Below are positions 9,703 to 18,169 of a stretch of 46,923 nucleotides of DNA, piece after piece. Position numbers and translations under genes: made by a program. The number at the start of each line of letters is the position of its first letter. Positions within the stretch are counted from its first letter, which is position 1. The notes beneath the pieces are model-generated. The model saw nothing but the letters and a program-made list of their open reading frames with translations. It made no database searches and was not told the origin of the DNA. This DNA comes from an uncultured Clostridia bacterium (lineage in GTDB: Bacteria > Bacillota > Clostridia > Oscillospirales > Ruminococcaceae), in NCBI GenBank assembly GCA_945947715.1, contig CAMEYZ010000001.1:1-46923 (forward strand). The letters run 5' to 3'.

Positions 9703-10767
9703 TTATTTATCATTCTTTATAAGTCTGGGAAGGTCGCGGACTATCTCCACCATGAACCATTCGGGAAGGACCTTTCCGTCATCGGAGGAAACTATCATCT
9801 GTGCCAGTTCAAGATTTATATGTGACAGGTCCTTAATTAGAGCCTTTGCACGGTGAGTGAGAAACTGTGTATTCTTGTCCATTTTCTGCTTATTTTCGGG
9901 AAGCTCTATGAGCAGCTTTGCACGCAGGCTCTGGGAAACAAAATAAAGCACATCTCTGTCCTTCGGGTCGGAGGGAAACCTTGCATCGCCCTTGATTATT
10001 TTGCTAAGCAGGTCCTTGTTTTCGATATTTTTTACAAATGCCAGGAACATTCCTGCATGGCTTGCCGAAACACAGCCGTATGCAAGCACACGAAGGATAT
10101 TTTCGGGAACAGCTTTCTGGCCTGCACCGTATTCTTTCAGTGCGTCGCTGAGCATATGCCAAGAGCGGGGAGTGGAATAGGGCTCCTCGGTTTTGGGCGG
10201 CTCGGAGAAAAGGTGGTCGGGACGTTCTGTTATGTAGTCGGTCACCCAGGAATGAAGCTCGTTTTCGTAAGCCCAGTTCAGCCACTGTCCGGGGTCCGCG
10301 GTGAGCTGAACATGGAACATTCGGTTAATTAGTGCCGTTGACATAGTTTTTACTATAGCACCGTCCTGAGAGCGGTTTCCCGCTCCGATGACAACGCTGC
10401 CCTTCGGAAGATGATATTCTCCGATGCGCTTTTCGTGGATAAGGCTGTAAAAAGCCTTCTGTACCTCCTGAGAGCAGGCATTCAGCTCGTCAAGAAACAG
10501 CACATAGGGTTCCTTGCGGGCTATCATTTTCGGCGGCACAAACTGAGATGTGTCTCCGTTTATCTGTGGTATACCGATAATGTCTTCGGGCGCAAGCTGA
10601 CTTCCGAGCAGCGAAACACAGGGCATTCCCACATCATCCGCAAATTTTTGCACAAGTGCGGATTTTCCTATCCCCGGAGCGCCCCAGATGAAAACAGGTC
10701 TTGTCGGAGAAATATTCAGCAAAAGGTCGGATAATTCATTTTGTGTAACTGTAAAGGGTAAATTCAT
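9703..10767 (-). CDS. MoxR-like AAA+ ATPase (AAA_5 type), cassette 1
   Basis: Walker A GAPGIGKS, Walker B VLFLDELNAC, sensor GAGNR. RBS GGAGG 4 nt upstream of the ATG. Immediately upstream of its VWA partner. Confidence 0.85.
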   Translation of the reverse strand: MNLPFTVTQNELSDLLLNISPTRPVFIWGAPGIGKSALVQKFADDVGMPCVSLLGSQLAPEDIIGIPQINGDTSQFVPPKMIARKEPYVLFLDELNACSQEVQKAFYSLIHEKRIGEYHLPKGSVVIGAGNRSQDGAIVKTMSTALINRMFHVQLTADPGQWLNWAYENELHSWVTDYITERPDHLFSEPPKTEEPYSTPRSWHMLSDALKEYGAGQKAVPENILRVLAYGCVSASHAGMFLAFVKNIENKDLLSKIIKGDARFPSDPKDRDVLYFVSQSLRAKLLIELPENKQKMDKNTQFLTHRAKALIKDLSHINLELAQMIVSSDDGKVLPEWFMVEIVRDLPRLIKNDK

Positions 10768-10870
10768 ATTGCCTCCATAAACTCAGGTGCGTTTCAGAAG
10801 CAAACAGACTCAATTCTATCATTTGTAACATGAATATTTTTTGCAGTCTGAGTGTCCGTCTATATCAAAC

Positions 10871-10899
10871 ATTATATCAGACCTTGCTGAAAAAGTCAA
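10871..10899 (-). promoter_or_regulatory. Consensus sigma-A promoter for the MoxR-VWA cassette 1
   Basis: Minus strand reads TTGACT - 17 nt - TATAAT with extended -10 TGATATAAT, about 100 nt upstream of the MoxR ATG. Confidence 0.65.
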
Positions 10900-11007
10900 T
10901 TTTCTTTTGCTCGGCTATATCAGCACTTAATTCGCAAAGCCTTTCATTCAGTTCATCAATATGCTTTTCAAACCACACAAGAAGTCTTGATGACATATCA
11001 GCCTGCT

Positions 11008-11187
11008 TTAAGGCAACACCGCACAAAGCACGCCTAACGGCTTTGCACGCAATCTGCTTGCAGATTTTCCGTCATCTTGCACAGAAATTTCTTGACAGGC
11101 GCCAGCCTGCCTGCGAAATTTCTGTACAATCTGACGAAAAATCTGACTGCGCATCTTGCGCACAAGCTCTGTGCGGTGTTGCCTTAA
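11008..11187. mobile_element. 180-bp MITE-like palindromic element flanked by TTAA
   Basis: Terminal inverted repeats TTAAGGCAACACCGCACA(A/G)AGC match at 21 of 22 positions. Nested inner inverted repeats are CAGATTTT(C/T)CGTCA and ACAGAAATTTC/GAAATTTCTGT (11 of 11). There is no ORF of its own. Conceptual excision restores a host reading frame. Confidence 0.6.
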
Positions 11188-11985
11188 ATAAATATATCTG
11201 TTTTCCGAAATCGAATCGTAATACTGACCATAGAAATTGCAGACAGCCAGAAAGTAATAGAATAGCTTCCCCGCGTTTTCTATATCATAGGAGTTTAATG
11301 GACTAAATTCCATATAATCAATAATATAGCGCATCAAAGCCTCTATACTGAGCTCCCCCTGTCTGACCTCCGGAGCCATAAAGACATAGGATCTGACAAT
11401 CTCCCATATGTATGGGTGCTTGCAGGCGCAGGTCCAGTCAATGATACCGTTTATTTTATCATCAAGCCATATGAGCTGAGATATCATATAATCGCCATGG
11501 GTATTCCCGCAGCTGAATTTGTTAATATCAAACTCATAGGAAGGGATAGCTTCGACAATCCTCATATTGGAACGAATCGCAGCTGCAATATCAGTATCAC
11601 CATTATCAATAGCCTGCTGCAAGGTATCAGTATAGGAATCCTTCATGTACTCAGGTTTTCTGTATATAAAGAAATCCCTGTCTATGCCTATGGGGATATT
11701 CTCCATATCCTTCATAGCTACGTGTATCCTTGCCAATAAAGCAGCCGATTCCTTCTGCATATTCTCGGTTGCTTCATTGTAGTCATATGTGATGCCCTCG
11801 TAGAAATGCTGAACAGTAAATCTTCGTCCGTTTCCATACTCCCACTTTGAGACTGTTTTTTCGCTTATTCCTAATCTTGCCGCGATATCCTTTTGTAAAA
11901 GGCCACGCTCTTTTCTGCGTTCGGCAATAAATTTTCCTATCTTGATCTGATCCATTGTGTATTCTCCATTCATAGTTTTTGACAA
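11008..11985 (-). CDS. Chimeric XRE-HTH / APH-like phosphotransferase ORF; the last ~59 codons are encoded by the inserted palindrome (probably non-functional)
   Basis: N-terminus IGKFIAERRKERGLLQKDIAARLGISEKTVSKWEYG is an XRE HTH. The rest carries the kinase catalytic loop HGDYMISQLIW and IIDWTCAC (APH/choline-kinase fold). No glycine-rich or Lys N-lobe is visible. Confidence 0.6.
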   Translation of the reverse strand: MSKTMNGEYTMDQIKIGKFIAERRKERGLLQKDIAARLGISEKTVSKWEYGNGRRFTVQHFYEGITYDYNEATENMQKESAALLARIHVAMKDMENIPIGIDRDFFIYRKPEYMKDSYTDTLQQAIDNGDTDIAAAIRSNMRIVEAIPSYEFDINKFSCGNTHGDYMISQLIWLDDKINGIIDWTCACKHPYIWEIVRSYVFMAPEVRQGELSIEALMRYIIDYMEFSPLNSYDIENAGKLFYYFLAVCNFYGQYYDSISENRYIYLRQHRTELVRKMRSQIFRQIVQKFRRQAGACQEISVQDDGKSASRLRAKPLGVLCAVLP

Positions 11986-12104
11986 GATGATTTTTTATCA
12001 TAGAATAATTATATCATGTTACAATATGAATTGGAACCCACGCTCCGTAGGATTGATGCAGACTTGAAATTTGTTCTTTAAAAAATCCGGATATGCAGCC
12101 CATT

Positions 12105-12150
12105 GAAAAATGAAGCGATGCCACATAAACGACATCGCTTCATTTTTTTA
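12105..12150 (-). terminator. Intrinsic terminator downstream of the TPR gene (bidirectional shape)
   Basis: Stem ATGAAGCGATG / CATCGCTTCAT with a 12-nt loop, an A-run on one side and T7 on the other. Confidence 0.8.
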
Positions 12151-12165
12151 TTACTGTCAAAAGCC

Positions 12166-15100
12166 TTAAATCGAACTGCTTTCTGCGGTCAGTTCCTCTT
12201 TAGTAGTTCTCCATTGCTTTAACGCACCTTCGACAGTATCATCTTCATGCAAAGGAAATAGTAATTTACAATCAGGAGAAACTCCCTCATAGCATTCAAT
12301 GATTGTATCGATCATTTCATGCATTTGAGTAAAAGTATTGCCTTGGTAAGAATATGCGGGATATTCTAATTCTAATATACGTCCCTTGAGTAACCTTCCG
12401 TTATCTCCGCAGTATGGTTCTGCATCATGTTCAATGCAGAAATCTAAAGCACGGATAATGATTTCATGCTTCGGAAATAGATCATACGGCTTTCTTTTCA
12501 CATATTCTGACATGATCTGGGATATGTAATCCATAATAGCAATATTATACCTAATCTGTTCGTTTTCGGATAACTCATTCATCATAGATGTATATAACTC
12601 GTCGGCATCGTCATACGAGGTATAGAGCGCGTAAAGTACATGACCAAGATAGCCCTTCTTACAGCCCTTACTTATGGCAAGGTCAAAATTCAGCTTAACC
12701 AGCTTGCCTAATGGGATTGGCTGGTCGGGTATATATTTTTCTCTCAAATCTGCATGGTAAGGATATTGGCAGTTATCTCTTATTATTTTCATTGCCTGTT
12801 CAAAGTATTCTTTACCGCTCATATCACCGCCCACAATTCCCTGATAAAAATCAGTGCAGGCTTTTTTCAGCTTTTTCCCGTTTGTGCCGACAACATTATC
12901 CTTATTAAATGCAATATCATAGAAGTCGTCAAATATCTCTGCTATATGGTCATTTGCGAGCATCTGATCAAATATCATATGATTGATATGATAGTACATC
13001 TCTTTCTGATTTTCAGGAACAAAAATGAGTGCAGACAGCAGACTCTTAATCGCCGAATCGGTATCAAACATAGCATTATGATATTCAGCTTTTTTCAGAA
13101 GCATATTTACCATTAAAACCGCCTGGACAGGCTCCTTCGGCTTGATATACAGCTTTTCGTAATACTCGCTTTCAATTACTACTTCCTTATCAGCCGCTTC
13201 AAGCAGTTCAAGAGCCGTTATCTGACCAAACTCATCACATTCTGAGGCCTGCTTGAAAAGCTGACGAACCTTGTCAAATTTTTCATTGACCTGTTCATCG
13301 CTCAATTCATCATCATCTGAAAACTTGTAAAAGTATGTAAGCAATTCAGATTCTATTGTCGGATAATCAGCGCATGAGGACCACGTATCAGTTTCTTCTG
13401 TGTCATCCCAGGTGTGCCATATATTATCATCATTTTCGTTACTCATATTTTCCTCCTGCTTAGCTTCATTTTCGAATTCGCTCCAGTCAGGCCATTGGCT
13501 GTCATTATCAGTAGGTTCACTTTGCTCATTGTTCAGAGCATCATAGTCTGAAATGCCTTGTTTTTTCTTTGCTTCTTCAAAAGCTTTTTTAGTTGCTTCC
13601 AGCTCCTCTGAGCAATCCACTCCATTTTCCAGAGCAAGCTGATAGTATTTTATTGCATTTTCATGCTCATTAAGTACACTGTATATTGATGCACATAGCC
13701 TATATGCGTCCGGGAAGGAACACTCTGCTCCTTTTTTTCCATATTCCAGAGCTTCTTTTAATTTCTGAGTATCAAGCTCATTTGCACTAAATATATTGTA
13801 ACACTTTTGTGTATAGTAACAGCCAAGCAGACCGTTGTATTCTTTTTCCGGCAGCTGTCCCTTGAGCTTTTCAAGATATTTCATGCAGATATCAAGCTCA
13901 TTCATCTTAAAATGTATAATGAAAAGCAGCTTATATGCTTGTGTAGGTTCATCATTGTTTTTTATGGCCATTTCCAAGCAGCTTATTGCAGATTTATTAT
14001 CATTAAGCTTATTATGATAAATAACACCCTGCTTGTAATAGGTCATACAGCCATACTCAACAGCCTTTTTATAATTCTCAATGGCTTCTTCAAAATCACC
14101 TAAATCTGCTTTGGTGTTGCCTTCGTCAAGGTAAAGCTTACCCTTTGCAGCTTTTAGCTCACCCTGAATAGAAGCCGCTGTTGACGGATACTTGTTAATG
14201 GATTTCTTAAAAAAACTGCACGCCATATCATATTGTTCCAGCTGCATATATATTCTTGCAATAGTGATATATAGATCCTCGTCAGCCACATCTGCAACGC
14301 TCTCCAGCAGCTTAAGTGCAGCATTGTAATTATTATTCGCAATAGCTTTCATTGCCTGAGCGATGATATCTGATAGCTTTCTGTTGAATTTTATTTCTGC
14401 ATTAACAATATCAATTGAGTGTTCTTCGGGAATGAATAATTTTGCCAGATTAAGAGCAAAGCGAGCTTTTTCCATTTGGTTCAGATCAATATAGATCAGG
14501 GCACACTCTACATCTGCAAGAGCTTTTCCTTCTTTAGCTGCCTGCTGGAATAATTCAAGGGCTTTTTCTGGGTCAGTTTTTTTAACTAATAAGCCTTCAT
14601 TGTACAATAGTTCAGCATGAGCCTTCGATTCAGCTTCTCGTTTTTTATTTCTTGCTTTTTCGAGCATTTCTGAGCATTCAATATTATTTTTTTGTGCTAT
14701 TTCATAGTTTCTTACAGCATTTTCATAGTCTCCGAGGTGATAATATGCATATCCGATATTTTTATAAACGTTCTTAAAGTCCGGCTTTTTTTTCATGCTC
14801 AGCTGATAATATTTAACTGCATTGCTGTAATCCTTCAGAAAAAAATAGGCATTTCCGCAGTCGTTATACACATATTCCGGACAGCCAAGCTCAATAGACT
14901 TCAGGAACATCTCAATAGCTTTGGGATAATTCTTTTCATCATAATACTGACTTCCTTTTTCAGCATATTCCTCTGCCTTATCTTCATTTTCTTGCTGCTG
15001 AGGCTGGTATGAATAGGACGGGGTGCTTCTCGGAGAAAAATTCTTCTGAACAGGCACAGAGTTGCTTACATTATTTCGTGCCGGACCCTGAGATAATTTT

Positions 15101-15939
15101 ATCTGTGCATTTTTCAGCTCTTTCGAACAGTCTATGCCGTTTCTGCAGGCATTTGAATACCATATGACAGCATTTTTATAATCACCGGTATTATAATAAG
15201 CATCACCGATACATTCCATCATCCAGACATCGTCCGGGTCGATATCAAAGTCCTCATCTAAAAATTCTTCGTATGCATTTACAGCATTTTTATTATCGCC
15301 GATGCAGAGATAGTAAAATCCCCAAGCCTTTTTGCAGGGATAAGTATATCCGATGCCGTCAGCTTTGTCCAGATATTGCTTTGCCTTCTGGAAATTATCC
15401 TCTTCGCACTCCTGAATGGCAAGCTCACAATATGCATAGCAAAGATTATAATCCGTCTCATACTCTTCATTATATTCCTCGATATCTTCCGGCTCAGCCT
15501 CTTTCATTATGCGCTCAGATATCTCAATTGTTGTCTCATAATCGCCTTCATTGAAAGCATTTCTTGCTTCAATAGCATCGCGGCTGCTTATGCAGTGTTT
15601 GAGAAATTGCCGCATTGTATAATAATCGTCCGCCCCATCAGGATATTCCTGCACGAAAAGTAAATAATCATCCAGCGTTGCTCTGATATCGGAGCATGCC
15701 CCACATTTCACTCCGCTGGTATCCTCATTTTTCTTCATGCCGTAGCCCCGGCATACGATACCTACATCATTTCCCGATTTGATTCTGGGCTCACGTAGCT
15801 TTTCCGATATTGCTATTGCAGTATCCCGCTGTATCTTACTTTTACTCAGATAAAAATATAGTGCCATTGCCTTTTCTTTATCACCAAAAGAACTGAATCT
15901 GCCGGATTCCGCTTCGCTCAGATATCCTATTTCTCCCAT
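12166..15939 (-). CDS. Giant cytoplasmic TPR-repeat protein (1257 aa), function unknown
   Basis: Many TPR-like units (xDYxNA(V/I)xxYxxA). The motif NG(I/V)(D/E)CSxEL occurs three times. There is an acidic Trp-rich linker and a roughly 400-aa non-repeat C-terminal region. RBS GGGAGG upstream. Confidence 0.8.
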   Translation of the reverse strand: MGEIGYLSEAESGRFSSFGDKEKAMALYFYLSKSKIQRDTAIAISEKLREPRIKSGNDVGIVCRGYGMKKNEDTSGVKCGACSDIRATLDDYLLFVQEYPDGADDYYTMRQFLKHCISSRDAIEARNAFNEGDYETTIEISERIMKEAEPEDIEEYNEEYETDYNLCYAYCELAIQECEEDNFQKAKQYLDKADGIGYTYPCKKAWGFYYLCIGDNKNAVNAYEEFLDEDFDIDPDDVWMMECIGDAYYNTGDYKNAVIWYSNACRNGIDCSKELKNAQIKLSQGPARNNVSNSVPVQKNFSPRSTPSYSYQPQQQENEDKAEEYAEKGSQYYDEKNYPKAIEMFLKSIELGCPEYVYNDCGNAYFFLKDYSNAVKYYQLSMKKKPDFKNVYKNIGYAYYHLGDYENAVRNYEIAQKNNIECSEMLEKARNKKREAESKAHAELLYNEGLLVKKTDPEKALELFQQAAKEGKALADVECALIYIDLNQMEKARFALNLAKLFIPEEHSIDIVNAEIKFNRKLSDIIAQAMKAIANNNYNAALKLLESVADVADEDLYITIARIYMQLEQYDMACSFFKKSINKYPSTAASIQGELKAAKGKLYLDEGNTKADLGDFEEAIENYKKAVEYGCMTYYKQGVIYHNKLNDNKSAISCLEMAIKNNDEPTQAYKLLFIIHFKMNELDICMKYLEKLKGQLPEKEYNGLLGCYYTQKCYNIFSANELDTQKLKEALEYGKKGAECSFPDAYRLCASIYSVLNEHENAIKYYQLALENGVDCSEELEATKKAFEEAKKKQGISDYDALNNEQSEPTDNDSQWPDWSEFENEAKQEENMSNENDDNIWHTWDDTEETDTWSSCADYPTIESELLTYFYKFSDDDELSDEQVNEKFDKVRQLFKQASECDEFGQITALELLEAADKEVVIESEYYEKLYIKPKEPVQAVLMVNMLLKKAEYHNAMFDTDSAIKSLLSALIFVPENQKEMYYHINHMIFDQMLANDHIAEIFDDFYDIAFNKDNVVGTNGKKLKKACTDFYQGIVGGDMSGKEYFEQAMKIIRDNCQYPYHADLREKYIPDQPIPLGKLVKLNFDLAISKGCKKGYLGHVLYALYTSYDDADELYTSMMNELSENEQIRYNIAIMDYISQIMSEYVKRKPYDLFPKHEIIIRALDFCIEHDAEPYCGDNGRLLKGRILELEYPAYSYQGNTFTQMHEMIDTIIECYEGVSPDCKLLFPLHEDDTVEGALKQWRTTKEELTAESSSI

Positions 15940-16042
15940 GATTTATAGTCCTCCCGATCCTTTACAGAGAGCGCAATTTCTGAAAGTCCGTGTCGTGAAA
16001 TACATATTGCTCACCCAATCGCACTCTAACATTTTTATACAT

Positions 16043-16071
16043 ATTATATCATATCACATTGGCACTGTCAA
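16043..16071 (-). promoter_or_regulatory. Consensus sigma-A promoter for the TPR gene
   Basis: Minus strand reads TTGACA - 17 nt - TATAAT with TGATATAAT. Confidence 0.6.
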
Positions 16072-16188
16072 CTGACAATATTGGCGTTATATGTCCCAAA
16101 ATCGGACCTTTACATTACCATGCATAGCTTTATAAATGCTATCAAAAGTTGATTTTTAGTGAATGTCATAAAACCTCCAAAAAAGCTC

Positions 16189-16239
16189 TTGACATATTGA
16201 CAATATAATGATATAATACAATCGACAGTCAGTCGGTTG
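16189..16239 (+). promoter_or_regulatory. Promoter plus palindromic operator upstream of tetR-1
   Basis: TTGACA (16189-16194) - 17 nt - TATAAT (16212-16217) with a TG extension. Imperfect palindrome CAATCGACAGTCAGTCGGTTG at 16219-16239. Confidence 0.65.
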
Positions 16240-16289
16240 GCTGCTTTAATTATGCCATAAACCTATCTGTCGGAAAGGAATATCATAAA

Positions 16290-16919
16290 ATGAGAGTTGT
16301 AAAGGATGCCGAGGAACGCAGAAATGAGATACTCGATGCTGCGGAAAGGCTTTTCGGAGAAAAGGGCTTCGACGGTACAAGTACAAATGATATATTAGAT
16401 GAGGTCGGTATCGCAAGAGGAACGCTCTACTATCATTTTAAATCGAAAGAGGATATTCTTGATGCAATGATAGAGCGCCTTACAGGAAGGCTTATTGCAA
16501 ACGCTTCGGAGATAGTGAAGAAAAAGGATATTCCTGTATTGCAGCGGCTGACTATGACGATGATGTCGCTGAACGTCAGCGGCGGTATAGGTCAGGAAAT
16601 AATGAAGCAGGTACACAAGCCTCAGAATGCGCTGATGCACAGAAAAATGCAGGCAAGAATGCTCAATGCCGTAAATCCGCTTATTACAGGTCTGATAGAG
16701 GAAGGCATTTCTCTGGGAATATGCAGCACTGAATATCCCGGGGAGGTCGTTGAAATGGTTCTGCTTTATTCAAACACAGCCTTTGACGATCTTGCAGAGA
16801 TAAGTTCTGACGAACGTCAGAAAAAGATATCCGCTTTTATTTACAATCTTGAACGTCTGCTTGGAATGGACCGTGGAAGTCTTGATGAGGTTATACTTCC
16901 CATATTCCAAAGAAATTGA
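16290..16919 (+). CDS. TetR/AcrR-family transcriptional regulator
   Basis: N-terminal TetR HTH: RRNEILDAAERLFGEKGFDGTSTNDILDEVGIARGTLYYHFKSKEDIL. Confidence 0.9.
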   Translation: MRVVKDAEERRNEILDAAERLFGEKGFDGTSTNDILDEVGIARGTLYYHFKSKEDILDAMIERLTGRLIANASEIVKKKDIPVLQRLTMTMMSLNVSGGIGQEIMKQVHKPQNALMHRKMQARMLNAVNPLITGLIEEGISLGICSTEYPGEVVEMVLLYSNTAFDDLAEISSDERQKKISAFIYNLERLLGMDRGSLDEVILPIFQRN

Positions 16920-16964
16920 TATAAAAAATCAGGGAATTATCAAATTCCCGATATTTTAAATATT

Positions 16965-16983
16965 AACCGACAGACTGGCGGTC
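16965..16983 (+). promoter_or_regulatory. Second copy of the TetR-1 operator, upstream of the MFS remnant
   Basis: AACCGACAGACTGGCGGTC resembles the 16219-16239 site (shared pattern A-A-y-CGACAG-w-C-w-G-k-CGGT). Preceded by a tetR-1 terminator hairpin, GGGAATT/AATTCCC at 16932-16949. Confidence 0.5.
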
Positions 16984-17001
16984 TATAAAGGGGGATTTTC
17001 A

Positions 17002-17358
17002 ATGAAAAATAATAAGAGCAATTTCTCAAAATTTATGCTGCTGTGGACGGGAGAGCTTATCTCTTCAATAGGCGGCGGTCTTACAAGCTTTGGTCTGGGC
17101 GTGTATGTTTTCGGCAGGACAGGAAGTGCCGCAAGTATGGCTCTTGTCACTATGCTGGGATTTCTGCCGACGCTGCTGCTAAGTGTGCCTGCCGGAGTTC
17201 TTGCCGACAGACACGACAGGCGGCTGCTTATGATGATAGGCGACGGCTTTTCTGCACTTGGTATCCTTTATATAGTTTATTCTCCGGGACATTTATTTCC
17301 ATGGCTTAGCGCCGTCAAGCCAGCCCTGTTTCTCCCAATACTCCTTTTCGGAGGGTGA
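17002..17358 (+). pseudogene. MFS efflux transporter remnant (only ~97 N-terminal codons are homologous)
   Basis: WTGELISSIGGGLTSFGLGVYVF...LPAGVLADRHDRRLLMMIGD is a typical MFS TM1-TM3 with the loop motif. From 17293 onward the ORF merely runs antisense through the flavoprotein gene's 3' end. Confidence 0.7.
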
Positions 17359-17987
17359 AGCTCCCCAGTTGGCTTTTTGCATACTGCATCCAAGCAAGAA
17401 GCTTGCCCTTGTTCTTATGCCGATATGTATCCTTTTATTCTTTGATAAGCGCACTCCCAGTCTGTGCATATCCTTGTTTATCTTCTGCTTTATTTTATCT
17501 GGGACCATGCCCCAGTTCATTGCCTGCACCTGTATGCCATATTGAATGACTTCGGGAATACACCAATTCCGCAGATTATCCGCCACAAGCCTTGCCGCCT
17601 TTTTTGCCCCCATACCTGCTGCAGTCGAAATGACCACTGCACGTTTGCTGAACATTTCTTTATATGGCTTATGGGACATCCAGTTGGTGAAAAAAAATCA
17701 AGGAACGCCTTCATCGGCGCGCTTGGCATCATACAATAATTCGGTGTTGTCAATATAAGAAGGTCAGCTGTCAGTATCGCATCATCTATTCTTTTCTTTT
17801 CCTCCCAATAGGGACATTTATCTCTTCCCTCAATGCACCTGTAGCACCCAAGGCAAAAATGGTCCAGATCTCTCGGCAGGAAAAATTCCTCAACCTCCTT
17901 TTCGCAGGTGATATTATTTATAAGAGTATTTGCCACATTCCATGTGCTTCCTTTGTGATTCTGACCATGTATCATTACAATTTTCAT
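17293..17987 (-). pseudogene. Flavodoxin-like NAD(P)H-dependent FMN reductase / iron-sulfur flavoprotein, frameshifted in a T8 run
   Basis: MKIVMIHGQNHKGST...CLGCYRC...LILTTPNYCMMPSAPMKAFLDFF is in one frame. TNWMSHKPYKEMFSKRAVVISTAAG... is in another. The junction is the homopolymer at 17690-17697. RBS AAGGGTGG lies before ATG 17987. Confidence 0.75.
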
Positions 17988-18097
17988 ATTGATATCGCCA
18001 CCCTTTCCCAGCAAATCACTCATTTTCGAAACCTCCGTTATAATGTCATTCCAAACAGCTTCTGTTAGGTTTTCTCTTCTGTATAAATAGATGGTGC

Positions 18098-18150
18098 TTG
18101 ACAAAACAATAATAATTCATTATAATTTAATTGAAAGCGAACGTTAGCTT
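18098..18150 (+). promoter_or_regulatory. Perfect sigma-A promoter plus palindromic operator for tetR-2 (divergent from the flavoprotein gene)
   Basis: TTGACA (18098-18103) - 17 nt - TATAAT (18121-18126). Palindrome AAGCGAACGTTAGCTT (14 of 16 symmetric) at 18135-18150. Confidence 0.65.
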
Positions 18151-18169
18151 ATGCAAGGAGAAATGTATC

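Noticed and set aside
9853-10332. 159-aa plus-strand ORF inside the MoxR-1 gene, and similar ORFs at 36114-36647, 42998-43534, 40435-40830 and 20924-21400
   Set aside because: They are antisense to genes with clear motif support and have no translation signals.
10830-11306. 158-aa plus-strand ORF spanning the MoxR promoter region and the palindromic element
   Set aside because: It has no RBS and a low-complexity, Cys/Ser/Leu-rich translation. It runs antisense to the kinase-like gene and through a palindrome, which automatically yields ORFs on both strands. I treat it as a shadow ORF.
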